Assembly (NCBI GenBank): GCA_002420425.1
Contig: DIIC01000017.1
Location: forward strand, 76,052-140,051
Length of the DNA: 64,000 nucleotides
Direction: 5' to 3'
Source: Proteobacteria bacterium UBA5680
GTDB taxonomy: Bacteria > Pseudomonadota > Gammaproteobacteria > Arenicellales > UBA5680
Made by a program: the position numbers and the translations under genes. The notes beneath the pieces were generated by a model, which saw nothing but the letters and a program-made list of their open reading frames with translations, did no database searches and was not told the origin of the DNA. Positions 48,166-56,731 of this stretch are shown here, piece after piece. Position 1 is the first letter of the stretch, and every line of letters starts with the position of its first letter.

Positions 48166-49511
48166 GCGGTTATCAGCTGTTCACGATTGATGGCTTTGGC
48201 AATTCTAAAGTACTGTACCAGTGGGATGGAGGAGGGGCAGACATAACTGCAGCAACCGCATTCAAAACAGTCATTCAGATGAAACTCCTCTTCCATCGCC
48301 TGGTATTGACGTTTGGCCGCCAGAAGACCAAGTTGTGACGGATTGAGCTTTAGAGGACAGGCCTGGAGACATCTGCCACATTTTATACAGGGGTCTGCAT
48401 TTTTTGGGTGCTCATCTATCTTGCGCTCTTCAGCGAGGACAATAATCCCCCCCACTGCTTTTGTCACCGGGACATCGAGCGAGGCCACTGAGGAGCCCAT
48501 CATTGGACCACCGAGTATAAGGTGGTTGGCCGTTCCGGAGAATCCAACGTAGTCAAGAAGCTGGCGAATGGGGGTGCCCAGAGGAGTGAGATAGTTGCCC
48601 GGTTTTTTAACACCCGGCCCGGTTACGGTCACCACACGTTCAATCAGGCCCCGCCTTAACGGCATGAGTGTGCCCAGTTGGGCGAGGGTAGCTACGTTAT
48701 GGACAATCACCCCAACCTGATAGGGAAACCCTCCGGAGGGGACCTCGCGACCGGTCAACGTGGTTATCAGCATTTTTTCAGATCCCTGGGGATATTTTGT
48801 TTCGAGCAGCCTTGCTGAAATTGGGCTCTTGTCAGGGAGTCGCATCTTGATCGCATGGAAGGCGTCTCCTTTATTGTTCTCAAGGCCGATGATCGCCTGT
48901 TTTGCCCCTGATAACTTCATCACAAGCTGAATGCCGGAGATTATCTCATCGGCGTGTTCGATCATTAAACGGTGGTCCGCAGTGAGGAAGGGTTCACACT
49001 CACAGCCATTGGCGATTACGGTATCGATAATCGTCCCCGGAGGAGTCGCGAGTTTGACGTGGAGGGGGAAGGCAGCCCCTCCAAGACCAACAATACCGGT
49101 ATCCTGGACGGCTGTGATCAACTCATTTCTATCGAGCCGGCTATAATCCTGCGGCGCCCCATAGAGCACTTTCTGCCCCGCTCCAGGATGGGGCCGAACA
49201 ATAATGCTTTTGGTTTTGGGACCTTTAGCCGTCGGTGTGAGTTCAATCCCGGCAATAACACCGGTTACCGGTGAGTGCATCGGAACGGAGACAAATCCAC
49301 TCGCTTTAGCAATGGGCTCACCCCTGACAACCTCCTGCCCCCTATGGACAATGGGTTCGGCCGGTGCCCCGATGTGCTGTGAGAGAGGAATAATCAACTC
49401 ATCAGCAAAAGGGAGCCGTTTTATCGGCAGCCTGTTGGTGAACTTATTCCCTGGCGGGTGTATGCCGTGTGGAAAACTGTTGCGCCACGCCCGGTGAATA
49501 AGTCCTGCCAA
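48162..49511 (-). CDS. rnfC: Rnf complex subunit C (NADH-binding, 2x[4Fe-4S])
   Basis: 449 aa. Motifs GLGGAAFP, CIKCGRCLQACP and CFECGCCSYVCPS. TTG start, with a GGAGA SD 6 nt upstream. Located 33 nt after the giant gene. Confidence 0.9.
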   Translation of the reverse strand: MAGLIHRAWRNSFPHGIHPPGNKFTNRLPIKRLPFADELIIPLSQHIGAPAEPIVHRGQEVVRGEPIAKASGFVSVPMHSPVTGVIAGIELTPTAKGPKTKSIIVRPHPGAGQKVLYGAPQDYSRLDRNELITAVQDTGIVGLGGAAFPLHVKLATPPGTIIDTVIANGCECEPFLTADHRLMIEHADEIISGIQLVMKLSGAKQAIIGLENNKGDAFHAIKMRLPDKSPISARLLETKYPQGSEKMLITTLTGREVPSGGFPYQVGVIVHNVATLAQLGTLMPLRRGLIERVVTVTGPGVKKPGNYLTPLGTPIRQLLDYVGFSGTANHLILGGPMMGSSVASLDVPVTKAVGGIIVLAEERKIDEHPKNADPCIKCGRCLQACPLKLNPSQLGLLAAKRQYQAMEEEFHLNDCFECGCCSYVCPSSIPLVQYFRIAKAINREQLITA

Positions 49512-49544
49512 TGCAATTCTCCAATAACTTAAATTTTCTATCGA

Positions 49545-52500
49545 CTACTGAAATTTTGCGGCTCGTTTGATCAATTTATCAACACCTTTTTCAACCGAAT
49601 TGAAGGGTGTTCCAGGATGAATACAGCCAGCAGTACATTTTTCTGCAGCACGAACAATATCTTTATAGGAGCCACCCTGTGGATCAAGAACATAGGCAAG
49701 GTTCTGATCATCATAGGAGAAGATTTTGGGGTTGATGTCAATACACTCATCACAAGTGGTGCATTCTGATGTTTCAATCCAGACGGGTTCAAATCCAGTA
49801 TCTGTTGAAGCGGGTGTCGAACCGTTCAATCCAGAACTCGTAGAACCGGCCACGCCCTCTGCAAGGGCGGCTGAGAGTTGTGATGCGTTCCCATTGGCGG
49901 TCATGGCAACAAGGCCTGATGAAATTTTTTCGATCATCTCCATCCTGACCGTATTGGCAATCTGATCGGCATCTACAGCTTCATTGATCCCAGAGATCGA
50001 TTTGAGCTGTCGCCAGAAATGCCGTCGTTCCTCTGTGGAGGCGACCAGTTCAGCAGAAGGGACAACTCGCACCAGTTCATTTTTCTTCCCTATGGTCCAG
50101 ATATAGGGGATAAGGTCTTCCCGGTCATCACTCTCCAGATCAAGAAAATCAACCAGTGGGATCATGTTCTCGTCATCCCAGGTCTCTTTCGGGGGGATAC
50201 GAAACTGTTTTCTGAACCGACCTTCGGTGACCGCAAAATCAGCAAAGGTGAAGGGGAGTTCCAGCTTCTGCTCGGAACCTTCTTCTTCCTTATAGGTGAG
50301 GGAATAGACCGGCCAATCATCATCTAAGGCCGGGTTGCCCTCTAGATCAATACACTCCTCCCAGGTCTCACCACTATCAGGATCAAACCGAAGGAGTGGA
50401 TAGGCCCTCGATTCAACAGCCATTTTGCTCTGCAACTCTGATGCATCATCACCAACGCCGTGTTCGGGCTGGCAGACGGAATAGATATTGAATAGCGCGG
50501 GGCGACGTGAATTGAGGCCATCGATATAGCCTTCAAGAAGATGGGTGATATTGGAGATCGATCCTTGTAGTACGTAGGATGTTCGATGGGCCATGCCAAT
50601 CAGTGACATCTCCTTGCGGATCTCCTCTTTACCGTGTTGGGCAGAGCCATAAGGGGTCATGTCGGCAACCTGACTGATGAATCCTGAAGTACAGGCCTGG
50701 CCGCCGGTATTGGAGTAGACCTGGGTATCGAGTACCAGAACCTTGATTGGCATTCCTGACATCATCATCCTCGAGAGATTTTGAAATCCGATGTCATACA
50801 TTGCACCATCACCGCCGATAGAGACCACTGGCGGGCAGAGGAGGAACTCCTCTTCGGAGAACTGGCGCCAGTCAAACATGGTGAAAAAGGGATCATGCTC
50901 TTTGGGGTTATATTTTCCTTCGAGTTCAAGTTCGGCCATCCGGATGGCCTTGAACCCTTCTGCCATCTTGACCATGTGTCCTTCAAAAAGACCCATCGCA
51001 ACCGAGGGTGAATCCTGAAAGAGATGGCTGGTCCAGGGGAAAGGATAGGGGTTATAGGGGAAGGTGGATCCCCAGACAGAGGTGCAACCGGTAGCATTGA
51101 CAATACCCATCGCAGAACGACCCTGATTGGTGTTGCCATCGGTATAGAGCCAGCGCAGGTGTTTGAGTGTATTCAAAAGCTGAGTGACCCACTGAACCCA
51201 CTCACTGTCAAGCGGCTGACTGCTGTCGTGTTCCAGTGCAGAAGAGAGCTCGGAGAGGGTGAGGTCTGACTCCTGGTGATTGCTGATCACTCCCTGGATG
51301 GTCTCCGTATCTCCAAGATCCATCCCTTTGGCCATCTGCAGACGGATATGGTTGTCGAGGCGATTGATCAAATCATCAATTTTATCGATATGATTGCGAA
51401 CGCGCGGTTGCATCAAAGTGGTCATGGTAGCGGTAAAGAGATGGATGACGGTTTTTTCACCGCAACCCAGACACGCTCCATCCCCGCATATCATCGAGTC
51501 GTAAGCCTGTTTATTCAGGAGCAGTGTCTCCAGTGCACCGATCTTCTCATCAAGATCATCGATGCGGCTGAATTGGGGTGAGGTAGTGGGAAGGTCAAGC
51601 CAGTACTCCCAGTTCTTTTTCAGGGAGGCAACCGCATCCTCAGTTTGGGTAACGGTAACCAGTGCGTCATCATCACAGACGGAGACACACTCCATACACC
51701 CTTTACAGGTGTAGGGGTTGACGGTGATTGAAAAGAGTCCCCCACTGCCCTTGCCCCGTTTTTCAAGGACAGACCAGTAGGGTTTGGTGATTGAGAACTG
51801 GAAGTCAACGAGTTGATCGCGAAACTGATTAAACTCCTGTTCCAGCAGTTGTTTGTCCTCAACTTCAAGTACCGTCTCGTTGAGAGTGACGTCAATCGCC
51901 TGGTCGATGGAGGCTCTTACCGGTGTCCCGGGGCCATCCTCTTCACTAATTAGAGTTCGGAGTTTTTTCTCAACAGTACGCAGTCCACGACGAAGATGTT
52001 TGGTGGTTACCCCCTGGCGTTCAACCCGGCGGACAGTCGTCTCAAAGACCTCACTGACAGTATTGACCAGTCCCGGAATAGCACTGTCCGGACAAACGGT
52101 ATAACAGTCACCACAGGCGGTGCAGTTATCGGCAATCCATTCGGGGTATTCGAAGCGGATCTGAGTCATGTCTCTGAATACACCCGTTGCCGCTGGCACC
52201 AGGCTGAGGCCGATGTGGGGATCAACAAGGTTGTCGCTTCCTTTGCCGCGAGAGTAGAAGTTTCCGGTCTGTTCCCAGAAGCGGTGAATGTCAGTACGCA
52301 CTTCACTGCTTGTGGGTTGTTGCCTGAGCAGAATGGGCATGGCTGGAATCACCCGGAGCTCATCACCCTCTGGCAGGATCACCGGCTTGTCGGTGATCTC
52401 CCGGGTCTCATCAAAGCCTCGAGTCACAACCCGCATATTGTCTTCAACAATCGTTCGTCCCTTGGTTCCGAATTTGCTCTCCATCTGGTTGCGAATCGCC

Positions 52501-54488
52501 TGAAAGAGGGATTTGCGGTTGAGGTTGGCGGATTCCATGACCTTTGATGCAGCGAAAAAGGCCCCTTGAAAGGCGTTACCTTGCATGCGGAATTGAAGTT
52601 CAATATCAGACGCCTCTTCTCTGGCAATCTTGAAGGCATCCACAAAGAAGACCCTGATCTCATTATCAGTAATATACTGCCTGGCCGAGAAGGGGAGGGA
52701 GCGCCAGAGGAGATCGGCATCATCCGTATCACTCTGGATAATAAAGACTCCACCTTTGGTAAGACCGTTAAGGGGGTTGGAGTGCTTAAAGACATTGGGG
52801 TCTGGTGAGAGCACCACATCAACATAGATGTATTCACTATTGACCCGAATGGGTTCGGGTGCAGCAGAGAGATAGTAGGTCGTTGGTTGTCCTTTCTTCT
52901 CTGAGCCGTATTTTGGGTTGGCCTTGATGTGGTAGTCGAGGAGTTCATAGAGCGTCAGTGCCAAATTCTTGCCAGTGGTAATGGCGCCCCATCCTCCTAC
53001 TGAATGGAGGCGAACGGTTATGCATCCTTCAGGCATAAGGTTGGGGTTTTCACTCCCCTTGAGGGAGAGTGAGCCTATTTCGGGATAGGCCTCACGCAAT
53101 TGATCCTGATAGATCTCCTGTTTGGGTGTATCGGGATCCTTGCTCAGAAAGTCGACCGAGAGATAGAAGAATTTCTTTTTTTCACCATCAGGAAGCATAT
53201 TCTCCACCGCACCAATTATCCCTTCAGGCTGGAGATCACGACTGCCCAATCCAAAAGAGGCAGAGTAGAGGGGCGGCATATCCCCAGGTTTGTTAAATGC
53301 CGGATAGGCGGGATGGGGGAGAGACTCCCTGCGGTCTACAAAATTTTCAGTGCACTTTGCCAGACTTGCCCGAATTTCACGAATCAGTGGCAGATCTTCA
53401 GCCAGCGGCTGGTCGGTTCGCTCAAGGACAACAACCCCTTTACGACCCTTAAGGAGTGTACCGACAAGCTCTCCCGGGAAGGGGCGAAACATAGTGATGT
53501 TGATGACACCAATTTTGAGTTTTCGGGTCTTTCTAAGGTAGTCGGCCACCGCTTCTGCAGTACAGAGAACGCTGCCCTGGGCGACGATCAGATAGTCCGC
53601 ATCATCGGTTCGATAAGAGGAGACTCGCTGGTATTGCCTTCCGGTGAGCTGATAGAACGCTTCCATCGCCTCTTCGGTGATCTCTGTAAGGTGGTCAAAG
53701 AAGAAAGGGCGTTGGGCCGCCACTGCCTGCATATAGGCATCCTGGTTCTGTACTGTTCCGGACTGCAGTGGGTTATCGACATCCCAGACAGTGGGTATGC
53801 GACGGCGTTGTGGGCCATAGACCAGGCGCTGGGCCGGTGTGGGGGTCTCAATAATGTCCTCAGGTCTTCCAAGGAAGGTGTCGATGAGCGCTCTTTCAGG
53901 AAGGAGGAGAGACTCAATCAGATGGGTGGTCAAAAAGCCATCCTGGCCGACAATGCCGGGGGTCAGGGCGTGTTCAGCGATTTTGTGGGCGATAATGTTG
54001 AGGTCGCAGGCCTCCTGGGCGCTCTTGGCCATCACCTGAAAGAAGCCGGTGTCGTCTACAGCATGGTAGTCGTCATGGCCGGCATGGACATTGAGGCTCG
54101 CCTTGGTGATCGCCCGGCAACCCACATTGAGAATATAGGGGAGACGCTTGCCCACAGCCGCATAGAGAGACTCATGCATATAGGCGATACCCTGGCCTGA
54201 AGAGAAGTTGGTGGCTCTGAGACCGGTCATCGAGAGACCGGCTGTTACCGCGGCCGCCGCATGCTCGCCCTCAGGCTCGATAAAGATCAGGGGGCGACCG
54301 GAAATATTGATATGGCCTTTGCTGCGCTCTTCTGCCCAATACTCGCCCATCTGGGTTGATGGGGTGATGGGATAGGCGCCAGCACCATCCGTAGATTCTC
54401 GCTCACACATAATGACGGCTGTATTCCCGTCCATAGCCTGTTTAACACCTGGAAAGGGGAAGGTTTTGCTGGCTTTTTTCATCATCAT
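49545..54488 (-). CDS. PFOR-like 2-oxoacid:ferredoxin oxidoreductase, expanded 1647-aa form with a tethered C-terminal ferredoxin domain
   Basis: Collinear with nifJ motifs: GAYPITPSTQMGE; CTACGDCYTVCP ... CKGCMECVSVCDDDA; CLGCGEK; NATGC; GGDGAMYDIG...LDTQVYSNTGGQ. Adds a Ser/Gly/Ala/Thr linker and a final CTTCDECIDINP...C(TAG)CIHPG single-cluster ferredoxin pattern. Confidence 0.85.
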   Translation of the reverse strand: MMMKKASKTFPFPGVKQAMDGNTAVIMCERESTDGAGAYPITPSTQMGEYWAEERSKGHINISGRPLIFIEPEGEHAAAAVTAGLSMTGLRATNFSSGQGIAYMHESLYAAVGKRLPYILNVGCRAITKASLNVHAGHDDYHAVDDTGFFQVMAKSAQEACDLNIIAHKIAEHALTPGIVGQDGFLTTHLIESLLLPERALIDTFLGRPEDIIETPTPAQRLVYGPQRRRIPTVWDVDNPLQSGTVQNQDAYMQAVAAQRPFFFDHLTEITEEAMEAFYQLTGRQYQRVSSYRTDDADYLIVAQGSVLCTAEAVADYLRKTRKLKIGVINITMFRPFPGELVGTLLKGRKGVVVLERTDQPLAEDLPLIREIRASLAKCTENFVDRRESLPHPAYPAFNKPGDMPPLYSASFGLGSRDLQPEGIIGAVENMLPDGEKKKFFYLSVDFLSKDPDTPKQEIYQDQLREAYPEIGSLSLKGSENPNLMPEGCITVRLHSVGGWGAITTGKNLALTLYELLDYHIKANPKYGSEKKGQPTTYYLSAAPEPIRVNSEYIYVDVVLSPDPNVFKHSNPLNGLTKGGVFIIQSDTDDADLLWRSLPFSARQYITDNEIRVFFVDAFKIAREEASDIELQFRMQGNAFQGAFFAASKVMESANLNRKSLFQAIRNQMESKFGTKGRTIVEDNMRVVTRGFDETREITDKPVILPEGDELRVIPAMPILLRQQPTSSEVRTDIHRFWEQTGNFYSRGKGSDNLVDPHIGLSLVPAATGVFRDMTQIRFEYPEWIADNCTACGDCYTVCPDSAIPGLVNTVSEVFETTVRRVERQGVTTKHLRRGLRTVEKKLRTLISEEDGPGTPVRASIDQAIDVTLNETVLEVEDKQLLEQEFNQFRDQLVDFQFSITKPYWSVLEKRGKGSGGLFSITVNPYTCKGCMECVSVCDDDALVTVTQTEDAVASLKKNWEYWLDLPTTSPQFSRIDDLDEKIGALETLLLNKQAYDSMICGDGACLGCGEKTVIHLFTATMTTLMQPRVRNHIDKIDDLINRLDNHIRLQMAKGMDLGDTETIQGVISNHQESDLTLSELSSALEHDSSQPLDSEWVQWVTQLLNTLKHLRWLYTDGNTNQGRSAMGIVNATGCTSVWGSTFPYNPYPFPWTSHLFQDSPSVAMGLFEGHMVKMAEGFKAIRMAELELEGKYNPKEHDPFFTMFDWRQFSEEEFLLCPPVVSIGGDGAMYDIGFQNLSRMMMSGMPIKVLVLDTQVYSNTGGQACTSGFISQVADMTPYGSAQHGKEEIRKEMSLIGMAHRTSYVLQGSISNITHLLEGYIDGLNSRRPALFNIYSVCQPEHGVGDDASELQSKMAVESRAYPLLRFDPDSGETWEECIDLEGNPALDDDWPVYSLTYKEEEGSEQKLELPFTFADFAVTEGRFRKQFRIPPKETWDDENMIPLVDFLDLESDDREDLIPYIWTIGKKNELVRVVPSAELVASTEERRHFWRQLKSISGINEAVDADQIANTVRMEMIEKISSGLVAMTANGNASQLSAALAEGVAGSTSSGLNGSTPASTDTGFEPVWIETSECTTCDECIDINPKIFSYDDQNLAYVLDPQGGSYKDIVRAAEKCTAGCIHPGTPFNSVEKGVDKLIKRAAKFQ

Positions 54489-54591
54489 ATCTGGTGTGTC
54501 CTTTTACAAAATCAACCCTGATAAAAAAACAAACTGACAAGCGTGTCTGAAACGGCACTCGGTGCAGGGTAAATCTTGGATATTTCCTATG

Positions 54592-54631
54592 TATTAATCA
54601 AACCAATTATTTCAATTCTTATGATTAAATT
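54592..54631 (-). promoter_or_regulatory. conserved AT-rich element upstream of the giant PFOR-like gene (copy B)
   Basis: 30 of 40 ungapped identities with 55611-55650, including the exact blocks AATTATTTCAAT and ATGATTAAA. Lies 104-143 nt upstream of the ATG at 54488. Confidence 0.45.
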
Positions 54632-54681
54632 ATGCAATACTATATAATGAGGTGGGTGCCTTGAGCGTTCATTGCAAGGGG

Positions 54682-55560
54682 TTATCTGATAACGGGCATC
54701 GGCTCTTTTCGAATTACCCGTTTTGCCATATTTCCCTTGACGACCCCTTTACGGCTATCAAGCCAGACAATGGCCCCCGTTGGGCAGCGTTCAATAGCTA
54801 TTTTCGAGGCCAGGTCATTTTTTTCATAATCGATTTGGGCCAGATTGGCCTGAATGGTGATCAACCCTTCAGGGGCATCGGCGGCGCATCGACTGCAGGC
54901 ATTGCAGACGACTTCACATTCCGCTTCCGCCGCATCGCAGGTATCCTCGTTTTTACACGCGATCCAGAGGCGATGGCTGACAGGTTGAAGGGAGAAGAGT
55001 TCCTTGGGGCAGACTTCGACACAGTCATTGCAGGCGGTACATTTGAGTGGATCCACCATTGGTAGTGAGAATTTGTTCATTTCAATGGCGCCAAAATCAC
55101 ATACATCCATGCAGTCACCAAAGCCAAGACAACCCCATGTGCACCCCTTACCACCTCCAGAGACAAGATTGGCGGCCCGACAGGTCTCCATCCCCTGATA
55201 GTTTGCACGGGTATAGGAAACGTGAGTTCCGCCGGAACAGGCAAGGCGGGCTACATATTTTTCATGTTCTCCTACCTCAACACCGAGAAAATCAGCGATA
55301 GTGTGGGTCATCTCATTGGAATTTACGGTGCATTTCCCCGGATCGGTATCACCTTTGACCATTGCTTCAGCAAAGGGTCGGCACCCAGGAGTGCCACACG
55401 CCCCGCAATTGGCGTGAGGGAGCATATCCTCCACCTCCTCAATTCGAGGATCTTCGTAGACATAGAGTTTGCGGTTTGCAATCGCCAGAATACCAGCCAG
55501 CACCACACCCAGGGTGGCAAGAAGGCTGCCTGCAATAGCAATGTTAATCAGACTGTCCAT
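54682..55560 (-). CDS. rnfB: Rnf complex subunit B (membrane-anchored polyferredoxin)
   Basis: From ATG 55560: MDSLINIAIAGSLLATLGVVLAGILAI (TM anchor). RnfB Fe-S domain CGACGTPGCRPFAEA. Further Cys clusters follow, including CTACNDCVEVCP. The ORF is open to 55656, but that part is AT-rich and matches a non-coding element elsewhere. Confidence 0.82.
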   Translation of the reverse strand: MDSLINIAIAGSLLATLGVVLAGILAIANRKLYVYEDPRIEEVEDMLPHANCGACGTPGCRPFAEAMVKGDTDPGKCTVNSNEMTHTIADFLGVEVGEHEKYVARLACSGGTHVSYTRANYQGMETCRAANLVSGGGKGCTWGCLGFGDCMDVCDFGAIEMNKFSLPMVDPLKCTACNDCVEVCPKELFSLQPVSHRLWIACKNEDTCDAAEAECEVVCNACSRCAADAPEGLITIQANLAQIDYEKNDLASKIAIERCPTGAIVWLDSRKGVVKGNMAKRVIRKEPMPVIR

Positions 55561-55610
55561 AATTTTCTGCGTTAGGGCTTCTACTTGGCTAATTTTTTGG
55601 GCTACACTAG

Positions 55611-55650
55611 TATTTATCAATGTAATTATTTCAATGAAAATGATTAAAAA
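55611..55650. promoter_or_regulatory. conserved AT-rich element in the rnfB/apbE divergent intergenic region (copy A)
   Basis: TATTTATCAATGTAATTATTTCAATGAAAATGATTAAAAA. Matches copy B as described. Lies 51-90 nt upstream of rnfB ATG 55560 and 10-49 nt upstream of apbE ATG 55660. Confidence 0.45.
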
Positions 55651-55659
55651 GGACAATAC

Positions 55660-56700
55660 ATGATCAGAAGAACCCTTTTTGCTGCACCCACTCTATTATG
55701 GGTGGGCTGTTACCTGCTACTCGGGGGGTGTACTCCTACCACCCAAGAATTTACTCGAGCCGTTATCGAAGGCAAAACCATGGGCACCTACTATAAGGTG
55801 GTTCTCTCAGTTGAGGAGGGAAGAGAGGTCGGACCTTCACTTAAAGAGGGGATCGATGCTGTGCTTGAAAAGGTCAATGACCAGATGTCGACCTACAGAA
55901 AAGAGTCTGAGCTCTCCCGCTTCAACCGCTCTCAATCCACCGAGTGGATAACGGTCTCGGAGGATCTGGTAGACGTCGCTGATGCAGCGGCAAAGATCAG
56001 TGAACTCAGCCACGGTGCTTTTGATGTGACGGTGGGTCCTCTGGTCAATCTCTGGGGTTTTGGACCGGTAAAAAAGAAGGACTTTATCCCCAGCGACCAG
56101 GAGATTGAAGAGGCAAAAAAGAGGGTGGGCTACCAACAGCTCTCAACCCGGAAGGTGGACCCGGCATTGCGCAAGAGCAGCCCAGGGCTCTATGTTGATC
56201 TCTCGGCGATTGCCAAGGGTTTTGGTGTCGACATGGTGGGTGAGCTTCTTGAATCAGAGGGATTTAACCACTACCTCGTCGATATCGGCGGTGATATGAA
56301 AGCGGTGGGCAACAACCCCGATGGACAGGGGTGGCGGATTGGCATTGAACGCCCCGACGCAGAGGGGAGAGAGATTGAGAAACTGATTGAAGTGAAAAAT
56401 TTCGGTGTTGCCACATCGGGCGACTATCGCAACTATTTTGAGCGCGATGGCCAACGCTACTCACACACCATCAATTCCGTGACGGGCAGGCCGATCACCC
56501 ATCGACTCGCATCGGTAACCGTCGTCGCACCTACGGCCACAGAGGCCGATGGAATGGCGACCGCGATCATGGCGCTTGGCCCTGAACAGGGGCTTAAACT
56601 TGCCAAAGAGCAGGGACTCGGTGTCTTTTTGCTGGTAAGGGAGGGAGAAGGCTTTAGCGAGAGTATGAGCCCCGGTTTTGAGCAGTTTCAAACAGAGTAG
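55660..56700 (+). CDS. apbE: FAD:protein FMN transferase ApbE (lipoprotein)
   Basis: 346 aa. Lipobox LLLGGC. Contains GKTMGTYYKV...MSTYRKESELSRFN...AKGFGVD...GVATSGDYRNYF. Confidence 0.88.
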   Translation: MIRRTLFAAPTLLWVGCYLLLGGCTPTTQEFTRAVIEGKTMGTYYKVVLSVEEGREVGPSLKEGIDAVLEKVNDQMSTYRKESELSRFNRSQSTEWITVSEDLVDVADAAAKISELSHGAFDVTVGPLVNLWGFGPVKKKDFIPSDQEIEEAKKRVGYQQLSTRKVDPALRKSSPGLYVDLSAIAKGFGVDMVGELLESEGFNHYLVDIGGDMKAVGNNPDGQGWRIGIERPDAEGREIEKLIEVKNFGVATSGDYRNYFERDGQRYSHTINSVTGRPITHRLASVTVVAPTATEADGMATAIMALGPEQGLKLAKEQGLGVFLLVREGEGFSESMSPGFEQFQTE

Positions 56701-56731
56701 TCGAGCCAAAACACGCTCTCTGGTGCAATAG

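Noticed and set aside
53100-54200. 366-aa plus-strand ORF. Similar long plus-strand ORFs lie at 51996-52547 and 52566-52808.
   Set aside because: They lie entirely antisense to the well-supported giant PFOR-like gene. The composition is low-complexity and Arg/Gly/Leu-rich, with no recognisable motifs. These are shadow ORFs.
55561-55656. N-terminal 32-codon extension of rnfB offered by the ORF track (MSFLIIFIEIITLINTSV...).
   Set aside because: The stretch is AT-rich. It would leave only 3 nt between rnfB and the divergent apbE. It also contains an element that recurs in an unambiguously non-coding position (54592-54631). The start at ATG 55560 gives the expected N-terminal TM anchor.
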